Of a stretch of 64,000 nucleotides of DNA, positions 15,965 to 30,500 are shown piece by piece. A program made the translations under genes and the position numbers. The notes under the pieces were generated by a model. The model was not told the origin of the DNA, did not search any database, and saw nothing but the letters and a program-made list of their open reading frames with translations. Location of the stretch: contig CM022672.1 in the NCBI GenBank assembly GCA_012295275.1, forward strand, positions 3,472,001-3,536,000. The letters are read 5' to 3'. Position 1 is the first letter of the stretch, and every line of letters starts with the position of its first letter. This DNA is from Chrysomallon squamiferum (Eukaryota; Animalia; Mollusca).

Positions 15965-17167
15965 CTGAAGAATCATTTAAACATAGAGACAAATATGTCT
16001 GACAGACTGAAACTACGGCATCTGTTAAAAACTAACTGTTTTAAGAAGAACTGGCTGCAGTGAGTATTAGTGTATTTATAGACTTGTAACTACCTTTGTG
16101 TGACATCATAACAGCAGTTGATCTCAGTGTGTGGAGCCTGAGATTTTCACTATGGCAGTTAGAGAAAACCAATTATTTTGCAGAATGAATATTGAATATA
16201 GCAGTACAATTACTGTTTCCTTCAAGTACTTAATAAATAAAAATAAATAAAAATAAAATTACCTTGACTGTTGGTTTTTAATTCTAAATTTCATATTTAA
16301 GAAGGATTTTTCTAAATTATTCAGTCAGTTAAATAAATTAAATGGAAACCTAGATACTGTTTCTGTTAATTAATTTTTTTTTTTTTAAATCAGTACTAAA
16401 GAAAATGTTCATGCAAAAGATCAGATTTTATTAATGAAAACTGTAATGAACCAAAATGCTATACACGAGTCCAAAATATATTCATGATTGCATACAGGTA
16501 CTTTTTCACCTTTAACACCTAATATGAATATATTCAACAGCAATAAACACTTCTTTTACTTATTTTATTATTTAATAAATAATAATATAAATAAATATTT
16601 TCTTCTTTCTTTTCTTTTCTTTTTATATTAAAACAAACAAAAAAAGTTGAAAGATAAATTAATAACATTCATTGTTTCCCCCTAAAAAGCAGTCAATTCA
16701 CAACTGACACTTTCACTATGCTGCAAAACACGATATACAAATATCGGAAATATGTACTTAAATTGTATGAAATTTGGATATCTGGTTTCAATAATTGTAG
16801 TTCGATGCATCCGGGAAAAATTCTCTGCGTTTTTAATAGTCCTGAGTATACTACAAATGATTGTACTTGTTATTTAAGACAGTATATTCTGTATATAAAT
16901 TCATTTTTAAGAATATATAATGAATAAATATATTTTGTTCGTTCATAAAGTGTGAGAAACATTTATATAGAAAGAATTTGCTTTACATCTGAAAGATGTG
17001 ATCCCATCAGATCCTGCTATTAAGAACTGCGTGCACTGAAATGAGTGTTCTATTTTTAGATCACTGGTTAATGAATGGAAATGTGTACACAAAAGACTAG
17101 GGTCTAAACGTAAAAGAAAAGAAATAACATGCTTATAAATGAACATCATTGGTAGAATCATACTCAC

Positions 17168-17265
17168 TTAATCTAACATACTCGTACTGGAATGCTAATA
17201 GTTATCAGCAGCGACAATTTCGTCCGGATTAAAAGACCTCCGCTCGGTCCTGCACCCGACGATCA
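17168..17265 (-). other. Putative first exon of the minus-strand gene (5' limit approximate)
   Basis: Donor TAA|GTGAGT at 17167 and a CpG-dense patch at 17210-17265, directly downstream (minus sense) of a promoter motif cluster. Confidence 0.5.
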
Positions 17266-17273
17266 CTAAAAAA

Positions 17274-17299
17274 TGATTGGTGACGTCATCTGTCAATCA
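17274..17299 (-). promoter_or_regulatory. Composite promoter element: PBX/MEIS-PREP decamer, CRE palindrome and CCAAT box
   Basis: Minus strand reads TGATTGACAG (17299-17290), TGACGTCA (17288-17281) and CCAATCA (17280-17274): three exact consensus sites in 26 bp. Confidence 0.62.
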
Positions 17300-19528
17300 C
17301 TACATGAAGGCGAATTTTTCTCTTTTTTTTAATTTAATTTTTTATTAATTCAGTTAAATGTAGAACGCTGTTCTGCCATATTTTAATTTAATATATGAGA
17401 AATATTTGTATGAGTATAATAATTATTTGATAAATCTTAAAAAGTTTGCAAACAAAGCGAACAAATAAATGAAGTACATTATCATATTACTCTCCTTGAC
17501 CTTTTTGTTGGAGGCGGGATTTTCGTTTTACAATATACATTCATTCGCTTCTGTTCATCATTTAATGATAGCAATCAAATATATAGAACATATATTGAAA
17601 GACAGTTTTAAATGGATTTGATCAACACCATGTTGAAGGTGTTTTAAATGGCAGAATAATTGCATAAGGAATGCGAATTAGCTAATACAAATAATAGATT
17701 TTCATAGTCCTAGACGAAAGCTGTTTTATTCTTTACGTTTAAATGCTCAAAATCTCGAGAACAAAATTACAAAAGGTTACTGCTGCTCATTTGAAATAAT
17801 AATAATAATAATAATAAATGGTATTAATAATATTTCATATTCAGTTTGCGCTAGATGCGAACTTGGCCAAGGGAACATTTCAGTGTTAATTTGCTATGTC
17901 TTGTTTGTAATAATAAAATATAATAAATTAATACTTTTCACTTTTTTATTTCCCATTGTTTATTTATTTACTTATTAAATATACGAGTCTCTAGCACAAA
18001 AGTACCAACTGTATTATTTTTCAGCAGTTACCTAAAATTAATTTCTCAAAATCACTTTTCGTTATCTGCATCTTAGCTCATTAAACTAAACAAAACTACA
18101 GTAATTATTCAACAAAATTTGATTTATCTGAATTTAATTTCTCTCCAATTTCGTTCTTTTAGTAGGCATAATTTGGTTTTATGAATAATGCATGTAATAA
18201 ATTTTTATTAAAATAGCAGATCATCTACGGCGCTTTAATAAACAGTGTAATAAATTACCAGTTTAAAATCATCATGAGGTATTTTTAAAACAGTTCAAAG
18301 TATTAACGCCAAGAATTTTCTCATATCGTTTATTTTGGCTCTAAATATCACTTTTAAAAGTGTATTATGATTTCATTAATTTCAGGTATGGCCATTTCGA
18401 AAACAGGTAACGTGTCTTTCAGTTGAACATTCTAATTAAAATATCATAATAAGATCTGATATTAGTTCCGCTGTACTATTTAGTTATTAAAATGACCAGG
18501 AACAAGATAATAATAATATAAGGGGGTGAAATAAATGAAAGAAAACAAACTATAATTATAATTATTAGGTACGAATATTATAATATATGAAAATTAATCT
18601 TCCAGTTAAATAGCTGATTTTGATGACTGAATTAATCCCTTCTATGTCACGTCAGTTGATCTAATTCGCGGAAATATTTTTACTTATTTTTATTCAATTT
18701 TAAATATTTTTCGTAGGTTTTTAACCGTCACCTAAAATTGGTACGAGTATCAGTGTGTTTGGTGTGCGTGTGAATGAGTGTGTTTTTGTAAGCGTTTGTA
18801 ATATATTTGAATTGAAAATGAATTTATACGGAGATAGGATGGCCATATTTAACATTTTTGTCTATATTCCTTATACAGCCAAAGTAGTTAAATCAAGTTC
18901 AACTTAACTATATATGTTTTACATGTTTTTGATCTTACATTATAATTATAGGAAAGAAACGATTCCTAAATTATTATAGTTTAAATTACGTTTCATGTAA
19001 TATAGCATTTTCGCTGTTAAAATGAAATGTAATTTTCGGGCTTGGAAAAGAGTCATCATTAAAACGAATTTGAAGGGGGATTTAGTCATTAAGATTTGTT
19101 GACAGTTGACACACGTGTTTTTAACAGGAAGTAAACAAAAATGCTCTTATTTATTAAAGGAAGAAAAGATTATTAGCAAACGCCTCGAAATGTTTTCACA
19201 TGGAGGAAATGGATAAAATTCAGTTCAAATTAGTTGTATTTTCGCAAATTTATATAATAATCTTTATTAAATAATTTTCTTCGAAAATTTCTGCTATTAA
19301 TCAGATAAGATCATTGCAACTGTTACTTGCTGCAATGCTGGAATTACGAACTTAACCGACTGTAAGCGATGCAAATTTATTTGCTAATTTGTTCTAATCC
19401 AATAGAATACGTCGTTACTTTCGACGGACATTACCGATACCTTCGAAATCAAGTTGATTTGTCTCGAGTAGTTCCGTGAAAAGAAAGCACTGCACGGCGA
19501 TTTATATAATCCGTCTCCAATAAACAAT

Positions 19529-22146
<2,618 letters not shown>

Positions 22147-23096
22147 TATGTAGATTGTGAAAAAATAAACCAGACTGAAAAGATAACCAGTTGGGAATAA
22201 ATTTATGTCATTTTAAGATAATCCATGATAAAATTTTTAGTGGTAATAAAATAATATACTCCACTAAAACATTAAAAAAAGGCTGAATGGTTGTGATTTT
22301 GTTTTGCTGATATAGAAATCTGATTATTTGATGAAATATAGTGGAGAGTTCTTTGAAAAAAAATTAAAAATTTACTGCATTTCTTTAGAATTAATACATG
22401 TACATTCAGTTTGTAGTGTGTGACATGAATTTTATAAATTTAGAAATATAATTTTCATCATCTGTTTTGACATGAGGTAGTTCATTAAGAAACAAAAAAG
22501 GTAGTTTCAACAAAACCAGATATTATTTGTTATAGGATATGTTTCCCCTGTTTTCACAGAGAATTAATTATACAATTTTGTTTTGTAATATATATTTTTT
22601 CTTTTAAAAGAAATAAAATTGATAAATAACTTGGGTTATTTTGTTTTCTTCATCTGTATTTTAGAATTGATGTCTTCTGAGTTATGCATGAAGGTATTAG
22701 AATTGTTATAAATTTTCATTAATATTTTTTCCTAATTTGTCTTAATGTGTTGTTAATGAATCTTATATGCATTGTCAGTGCAAGTTATTTAACAAAATAA
22801 AACAAAATAAATAAAACATTTTTAATTAAATAAAACAATTCTTGGAATGGTAATCACATGATATATTTACAAACCAGTTGTATGGAAATCACACAAAACC
22901 ATTTGTGTTTTCTTCATAACATAATAATTTGTTAATCAAGTACTCAGTAGGCATAAGCAAGTGGAAGATAAATCATTTATTCATATTTAAATAACGAAAT
23001 CATATACACTTTTTATTTTTTTCTGAATTTATCTTCCATGATGTGAGTGTGCGAATTCAATTTTAACATATTCATCAACATGACAGTCAAAGCATT

Positions 23097-24053
23097 TTAC
23101 TTACTGAGATATCTGCAGTTACGTCTGCAATGACGCAACATGTTAGATTTTTGGTTAAACCGAGTGCTGCAAAATCCACATGCATATGGTTTGCTTTTGC
23201 TATGAATTTGCTTGTGCTTTTTCAGAACTGAAAGCTCATAGAATAACTTGCCACACTCAGTACATTTGATATTAGGCAGAGACTGATGTCGTTTCATATG
23301 TATCTTTAGTGGCTTGAATCCTCGAAAGAGTTTGTAACAAACATGGCATCGATTAACATTGGTGTTATTACTAACAGTATCTGGGGAACTAGCATCTTTT
23401 GATGGAAATGAAATAGAGGAGACAGGATCCTTCTTTGGCGCTGCAGATGACAGTTCTAAATGTTTTGAAATCTGTGTTTCTAAACCAAGTGAGATATAAC
23501 TTAAACAGTCGGCCAGTATGTTTGAAAACTTATCTTCACCTGCATTATTCACTGAAAACATCCATGGATCATTATCACTGAAATTACTGACATTTTCTAT
23601 ACTACACGTCCTTTCTTCTTTCAAGATGTCGTCTGCCACGCACGATTCAGTTGCTGACTTCATATAACTGTGCAAACCCTGTTTTTTCTCATGAATAAAT
23701 GTCTGTGGCAGATTCAAAATTTGAACAGACTGCTGAATTAAAGACATACCTGAAACACCGCACATCATCAGATGTTGAATGATGTTTGAATAATTCTCTG
23801 AATACTGTGAGCTTAGGTTATCAGACAGTTTGATTTTTTCTGAGCTTGGGGGTATTTCTGCATTTGCCATGCTACTTGTTACGCATTCTTCATGTGGCTC
23901 TTTGGTGGATGTATGTTTTGATGGTGACATTCTTTTTGCTATACTTTCTGAATAAAATAAACTGTTACATGTATTTGTTGGCACTTCATAGCTGCTGTCA
24001 TCCATTAATAGTTTGCCACCAATGCAGATGAAATTATTTTGATTGTCATTCAT
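23097..24053 (-). CDS. Zinc-finger protein, 318 aa, three C-terminal fingers (two C2H2 and one C2HC)
   Basis: Uninterrupted ORF ending CHVC..HMKRH, CTEC..HKQIH, linker SKSKPYA, CGFC..H-X4-C. A splice acceptor lies 41 nt upstream of the ATG (exon begins at 24094 on the minus strand). The frame is open back to that acceptor, so a longer N-terminus is possible. Confidence 0.88.
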   Translation of the reverse strand: MNDNQNNFICIGGKLLMDDSSYEVPTNTCNSLFYSESIAKRMSPSKHTSTKEPHEECVTSSMANAEIPPSSEKIKLSDNLSSQYSENYSNIIQHLMMCGVSGMSLIQQSVQILNLPQTFIHEKKQGLHSYMKSATESCVADDILKEERTCSIENVSNFSDNDPWMFSVNNAGEDKFSNILADCLSYISLGLETQISKHLELSSAAPKKDPVSSISFPSKDASSPDTVSNNTNVNRCHVCYKLFRGFKPLKIHMKRHQSLPNIKCTECGKLFYELSVLKKHKQIHSKSKPYACGFCSTRFNQKSNMLRHCRRNCRYLSK

Positions 24054-25467
24054 GTTAGCTGACTGTACTTTATCCTGAACAGTTTCTGGTAAATCTACAG
24101 TTCAGATTAAAGGGGAAAAAAAAAAAAAAATTACAAGATGTAAAAATTCATTTAAAAATATTAATATTGTGCATGACTTAAATTAAAGCTGTTTTTATAT
24201 ACTTCATTTTAATAATAATAATAATAATCATAATAAATAAATAAATAAAATGAGTTGTTGTAAATGAAAGTACAGAAATATAATTATATAGTATTACTAT
24301 TTTATGTTTTAAATATATACTATTTTATTTAATAAACTTTACTGGAGGTGTTAACAACTGTTAAATGAATTCAAATAATTAAATTTCTAAAACTCTTTGC
24401 TTGGAACCGTAAGAAGGAAAAGAAAATTAGAATTAATTGAAGAATTTATTTTTATTTTTGCTTTCAGATATCCGATAGCTGTTAATTTGCTTATTAGCCA
24501 GGCAACAATCAGACAATAAAACATTTAAAATGTGTCATTTTTATCGCTCAGATGTGCATTTTAAAGCGGTTTTTATGATTACTTTCATTCTGCTGTTAAA
24601 ATAAATTTTAGAAACGAAATAGTGTGCCAGTTATAAAATGTACATTACAATACAAATCGTAAATCTAACACATATCGTAAAATTAGATGTTCAGTTTTAG
24701 AAGATCGAATTATTAATAATTAAATTTTGTCTTGGGTTAGTGCAAAAAAACAACAACAAAAAAACGGCTAATAAATATTTAACTGTTTGCCTAATTATAT
24801 ATATATATAATTAATTATAATGTATTGTCAAAAATATTTTTTTATCATGGTAGTTAACTGAACCAGTTAATTATATATCACATTTACTTTTGTAAAATGT
24901 ATATTATCTAACAATAACATTTATGTTTAGAACTAAACGGTTATAACGAAACTTTAATAAAAACATTATTAATAATAAATATGATTTTTAAGATTTACAT
25001 GTTTTTTTTTTTTTTTGTTTTTGTTTCAGAACTGTTCGTATCAAGTTGCAACTAGTTCCTTAATTTTCCACATATTTATTTATTCATTCATTTATTAGCC
25101 TATCAAATATTGTAGCTTATACAAATGAACAAAAAATTATTTTTAATTTATATAAAATATTCAAAGGGCATTAGCGATATTATAATTAAAAATTAATGTG
25201 TTGAACTTCATTTTGGGTTAATCTGACAGAGGCGCCAGAAGATAAATAGTCAGCTACAATAATTTCCATAAGCAAATGAAAGGTTGAAGATAAATAAATA
25301 AATTAATTAATTAATTGAGTCTAGAAACTGACAGTTTTGTTTTCCTGATATCTCTATTGAATATGCCTGTAATGCTAAATTATAAATATTTTATTTTTTT
25401 GAATTTTTTTTTTTTTTTCGTTTTTAAATGTATACTTCAGAAGGAAATAAAATTCGGCAACACTTAC

Positions 25468-25570
25468 CCTTGTTTCTGGGTGACAGTTAATGTCAGATTT
25501 CGTTCTAATAAAATCTCTAGGTCTACAAATACCCGCGTACTTCAAGGGCGTTGTTGGTTCACAAATTAGT
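25468..25570 (-). other. Probable non-coding first exon of the zinc-finger gene (5' limit approximate)
   Basis: Strong minus-strand donor AAGG|GTAAGTG at 25468/25467 beside a locally CpG-containing stretch. An in-frame stop lies 7 codons upstream of the junction, so it would be 5' UTR. Confidence 0.45.
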
Positions 25571-26070
25571 TTTCAAACTCAAATTCACCTTCTCCTGCTC
25601 AGATACCAGCTTAATTGATAGTTAAAATCGTGTTATTGTCTTTTACTTAACAGTTTATTATACCGTAATAACATCCTCCTTCTATTAACAAAATTAATTA
25701 ATTTGTTTAGCAGATTATTACCACAAACTGGGCATATCGCACTATATCTTTAGTTTATTCTGATTTGCTTTCTGAACATTTTCTCTGTAGACATTTGTAT
25801 CCCCAGAGCTTTATAAGCCATGATGATTCTGAACATCAAATCTAAACATCTGCTTGAAACGACTCCTAGTTAATCCTGTTTGTGTGTAATGAAAGATTTA
25901 AATTATGTTGTTGTTGTTTTTTTCTGTTTAAATCTACATTCAATAATTTTATTTATTTATTTATTTATTTATTTATTAGTAATATTCCTTTTTAATTTTT
26001 TTCTTGATTTATAATTTATCTTCAGTGCATGACTTTTAAGAATAAAATAATCTAATAAATTATTAAATGC

Positions 26071-26259
26071 AATTTTCCGCAGAAATATTCACTAAATTTA
26101 GTGATACCATTCTTAAAACATTAAACTTTATTTAATTAATTACCTGACTAATGTGACATAAAATTTTCCACAGAAATATTCACTAAATTTAGTGATATCA
26201 TTCTTAAAACATTAAAATTTATTTAATTAACCACCTGACTAACGTGACTTAAAATTTTC
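26071..26259. repeat. 91-bp tandem duplication, each unit containing the 16-bp palindrome TCACTAAATTTAGTGA
   Basis: Units start at 26071 and 26162. Palindromes lie at 26089-26104 and 26180-26195. Confidence 0.92.
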
Positions 26260-26749
26260 TATTGTTTGCTTACAAAACAAAGACAACCTGGTAGGAAGAG
26301 CTAGTGACTGTTATTTTATTATTATTATAATTATTTTTTATTTTTTTTATTGCCTTATTTTCCAAATCTCTGCAAGCACGAATAGTTCTTTTTCTTTCTT
26401 TCTTTCCTTCATTTATTTATTTTGTTTAATTAAAACTCCGAATCTAACTCCAATGAATCGGACCTTAAAATTCAACATAAATATATACTTATATTTGTAC
26501 ACAATTAAAGACATAATAATATGAAATTTCATTTTCACTTTTCCAGCATCAAAATGATTTATTTAAAATCTTCAGGGTATAATTATTTAATATATTTTTA
26601 TATTATTATTCTACACACTATATTCAACCTATATTAATCAAAGCATTCAATTATTCGATCCATACACATGTAAGTGAATCGGATTTGTATGAAATAATAT
26701 AACATTCATTACTGTAACACCAATGGGCCTAATAAATAGTTTTAACTAC

Positions 26750-26752
<3 letters not shown>

Positions 26753-26802
<50 letters not shown>
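26753..26802. repeat. (TTA)n microsatellite
   Basis: Directly visible. Confidence 0.95.
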
Positions 26803-27176
26803 GTCTTTCTTTTAATAATTACAACAGCAACAACAACAACAACAATAATAAATAGTGTTTATTAGTTTAGTCAAGATGCGAGGCATTCGTTTCTGTTTTC
26901 TAGATGTTAGACAGAAAAATAATTCTAAATTGATAGGAAAAAAGGTAAGTAAAATGCATTATTACACGAAATAAGAATTTTGGTTTAATCATAAATCATT
27001 AAAATTGAATAAGTCAATGCATAACCGGCGATCCATAAATTAATATAAAGCGGCAAATTTAAAGTTAGTGGTTAGTGTCGCCGCAAACAGCTGATTAACT
27101 ACAAATGAGTAGCCTGTTATTATTGCCAATAACTCCACTGTAATGAAATTAAATTTATGCAGCTCAAAGTAGTATG

Positions 27177-27180
<4 letters not shown>

Positions 27181-27256
<76 letters not shown>
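27181..27256. repeat. (GA)38 microsatellite ~300 bp upstream of the CACUL1 ATG
   Basis: Directly visible perfect run. Confidence 0.97.
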
Positions 27257-27261
<5 letters not shown>

Positions 27262-27551
27262 TTATAAAGCCACGTCTTTATTTGTTTAAGTCCAAGAATT
27301 AACAAAATTACATTAGTCAAAGAAAAAAATCTATTTTAATTAAAAAAAAAAAAAATAATAATAATAAAAAAATAAAACCCCTCAAAATGACTACCTAATC
27401 GCAAGAGATTTTATTACGGAAGATAACATTTATTCGTATTAGAAATATTAGTTATCTCCCTTTTAATAATGTCGTAAAACTACCGAAAAAGGTACCACCA
27501 GGAAACATGAAGAAGTGACAGTTCTTGTTTGTTTTGGTTTTAAAAGACGAT

Positions 27552-30500
27552 ATGGATGAACCTATGGAAGACGTTGTTGAACCAGACTCAACACAGTCAT
27601 CCGAAGCAACTAGAAAACCTACCTTGTTAAGACCTGGTAGCATGGGTAATTGCTTTTTCTGTTGTAGAAGAGATATTATTTTACCTGATCCCCGGTGAAA
27701 TGGGTGCAGTTTGAGTTTCAGTTTATTACAATGTAACAATAATATACTTAAATATAAGTTAAAACGTATGAAAAGAGCCCCAGCATTAATTAAGAGTATG
27801 CTGACTTTACTCAGTAAGAGTCTTGATGCTAATTCAAGCGTGAATTATTCATAATTCAGTATTTATAATTTAATCTTCCTAGATTATATTTATAGTTGGA
27901 CTATTGGCAGTGTACATAATACTGTATGATGTGTATGGCGTATAGCTTAGTAATTGCTGTGAAGTCATAGTCTTCGTAACTGTCAATGCTAAAAACAACA
28001 ACACCAACAAACAAACAAAACAACAGAGTTGTGTCAGTTGTATGATGCAAAACCTTTATTATATATTTACCTTACCACTGATGTGATTACTCTCATTTCT
28101 TATACACCAGAACATTGTTATTAAAATAGTATTGTAACTAGTTATTCCAGTCCAGCTGTAAAATTTTATGTCATTTTTTTTCTGTCAAAAACATGGGAAA
28201 TGTAGACAGAGAGCGTTCTACTTTCACATGGGAAAACTGTATTATAATCATCTTTAGACTAATATAATTTTAAACAAATGTTCTTAATACTAATTCATTT
28301 TAATGATAGCAACACCCTCTATAACATTTTGTAAATCATATATTTTTACCATAATCGTCTTCATTTTTGCCTTCATTTTATTTTAAAGTAAATATCTTTT
28401 GTTTTATATTACAAAGAAATATCAGAGGCTACTGATATGTCATTCTACCAAGCTAGTCATAATAGAACGAAGGTAGTTGTATGTTGAACTGAGTTAATTA
28501 ATTTCACTGTAACAATGTAAGACATGAATGGCTCTTCAGCAGTGTGATTTCTGAGTAGAAAAATAACAAGATATCTGGTTGTGTACCATTAACCTAAGTT
28601 CTCATTTAGAATATCAGCAGTTACATAGGTGTGTATGTTTTTATTAATTTTGTTAAAGCAATAAAAACATATTGCCTTATTTCCAATACAGTAACTTCTT
28701 GATCTGTTATATTTATTATACTAAACGAGTATTTGAAACAAGAAAAAACAGCATTACCCTGACATCTAAATTGGCACATGTCACACATCATTAGTTTTGA
28801 TTTTACTGCTGTAAAAATTGAACATTTTTAACCATAATGAATTCTCAGTTTATACCCCAATTTTTATTGAGATTTATAAGAACTACCAAAATCTTTGATT
28901 ATTTTTCCATTCTGGGTTTATAGCATGAGATACAAATTTAACAGTAACCACATTTGATTGAAAAATCGAACATTTTATTTTACTTAAAGAATTCAGTAAT
29001 GATCATTTACAAATATTTATGACATCACTGATCATCAAAATTATTGCAGTTCAGATATCATTCAGAATTAATTGTATTCTTGTTAATAAATTGTAAATAC
29101 GATTGTTTGATAATATTTCAGTAATGATGACATTAACAGCTGAAGATTATGAAAGTCAGTACTGGCCAAAGTTGAGGGAGGCCATTGACCAACTTTTGGT
29201 GATGAAGCCAGGTTCATATATTCCCATATCATATGAACAAATGTACAGGCAAGTACATCATGTTACATATATTGTTACTGATAGAATCTAGAAAAGACTT
29301 TATATTAAGAAGAAAAAAATTGTCAGTCATTTTATAAAAATATTTACAAAATGGCTAGAATCCAAAACCAAACATTTCGATATATTTCATAATACAATAG
29401 TTTATTCTATAAAATGAAATTACTTGGTAATATATTATTTTTATTAAATTTTTATTATTATTATTAGTTCTATTAGTAATGTAAACAGCCTTTTTATTAT
29501 TTTTTTTCAGTTGTGTCTACAAATGTGTATGCAAACAGTTTTCTGAGAAACTCTATTCTGATTTACTGCAGCACATGGCAACACATGTTCAGAGTCTTAA
29601 TGAACATCTTCAAGTTAGTGTGAGTTAAAACATTTTTTATCAGTCTCTTGAGTTGTAAATGTAAACTTTTTGTTATGAAAATACATTACCAGTTGGTAAT
29701 ACTGGTCTAAATGGTTAAGGCATTTTTGTTATAGTTAGTGCTTCACATTGCTGTATACGAGATGGTACACATAAAACCTCTCTTTCTTGCATCTCTAATA
29801 TAGAACATTGTTTATGGCAGAGTGTGGTTTTTTGTTTTATGCAGAAGTCATCCCATGTAGAAAATCTATTAATATAAAATTATTTTTGTTCTTGTTTGAA
29901 GAGATGTTTATTGGAAGATGTTCATCCATATATTTAATAATAATTGCTAAAAAAGTTTACATTTCGCTTTTCACAAAATTAAATTTAACATAAATTTATT
30001 TTAATCTGATTAACATGTAAAGTAACTAGTCAAATACATTAATATTATTTTATATTTGACTTTTAAATGTAAATTAAAAACAATATTTTCATCACTGATC
30101 AGTTCTATTGTTTTTGTTTCAGATGCAAGATTCTCGTAAATTCATTGAACAGTTCTCTTTTATAATGCACCAATACTTGCAGGCATTGGCTGTCATAGTT
30201 CCCATATTTAATTACATGGTGAGTTAAAATATAGGAATGTGTTCCAATGTTTTATTGCTTCTATCATTAGCCATCAAAAGTGTGAACAAAGGTTCGTAAT
30301 TATATTAAACTTCTACATTCACATTTCTTTATTTATCTAGACAGTTGGGTCAGAATAGGCACTCATCAAATTAATTACATAATAACATTTTTAAAAGAAA
30401 AATGTTCTTGTATTTTTATTAATGTTTTATTTTAATTGATATCATTATATCTTCTTTTCTTTTTCTTTTTCAAACAATTTATATTGAATATTATTAGTGT

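Noticed and set aside
158-17167. Numerous 60-83-aa ORFs in the ORF track
   Set aside because: Low-complexity translations of AT-rich or microsatellite DNA, many with non-ATG starts, with no recognisable motifs or consistent exon chain.
19124-19140. ETS and forkhead (GTAAACAAA) motifs upstream of DPCD as FOXJ1 evidence
   Set aside because: Short A-rich motifs are expected by chance at this base composition, and no convincing X-box was found nearby.
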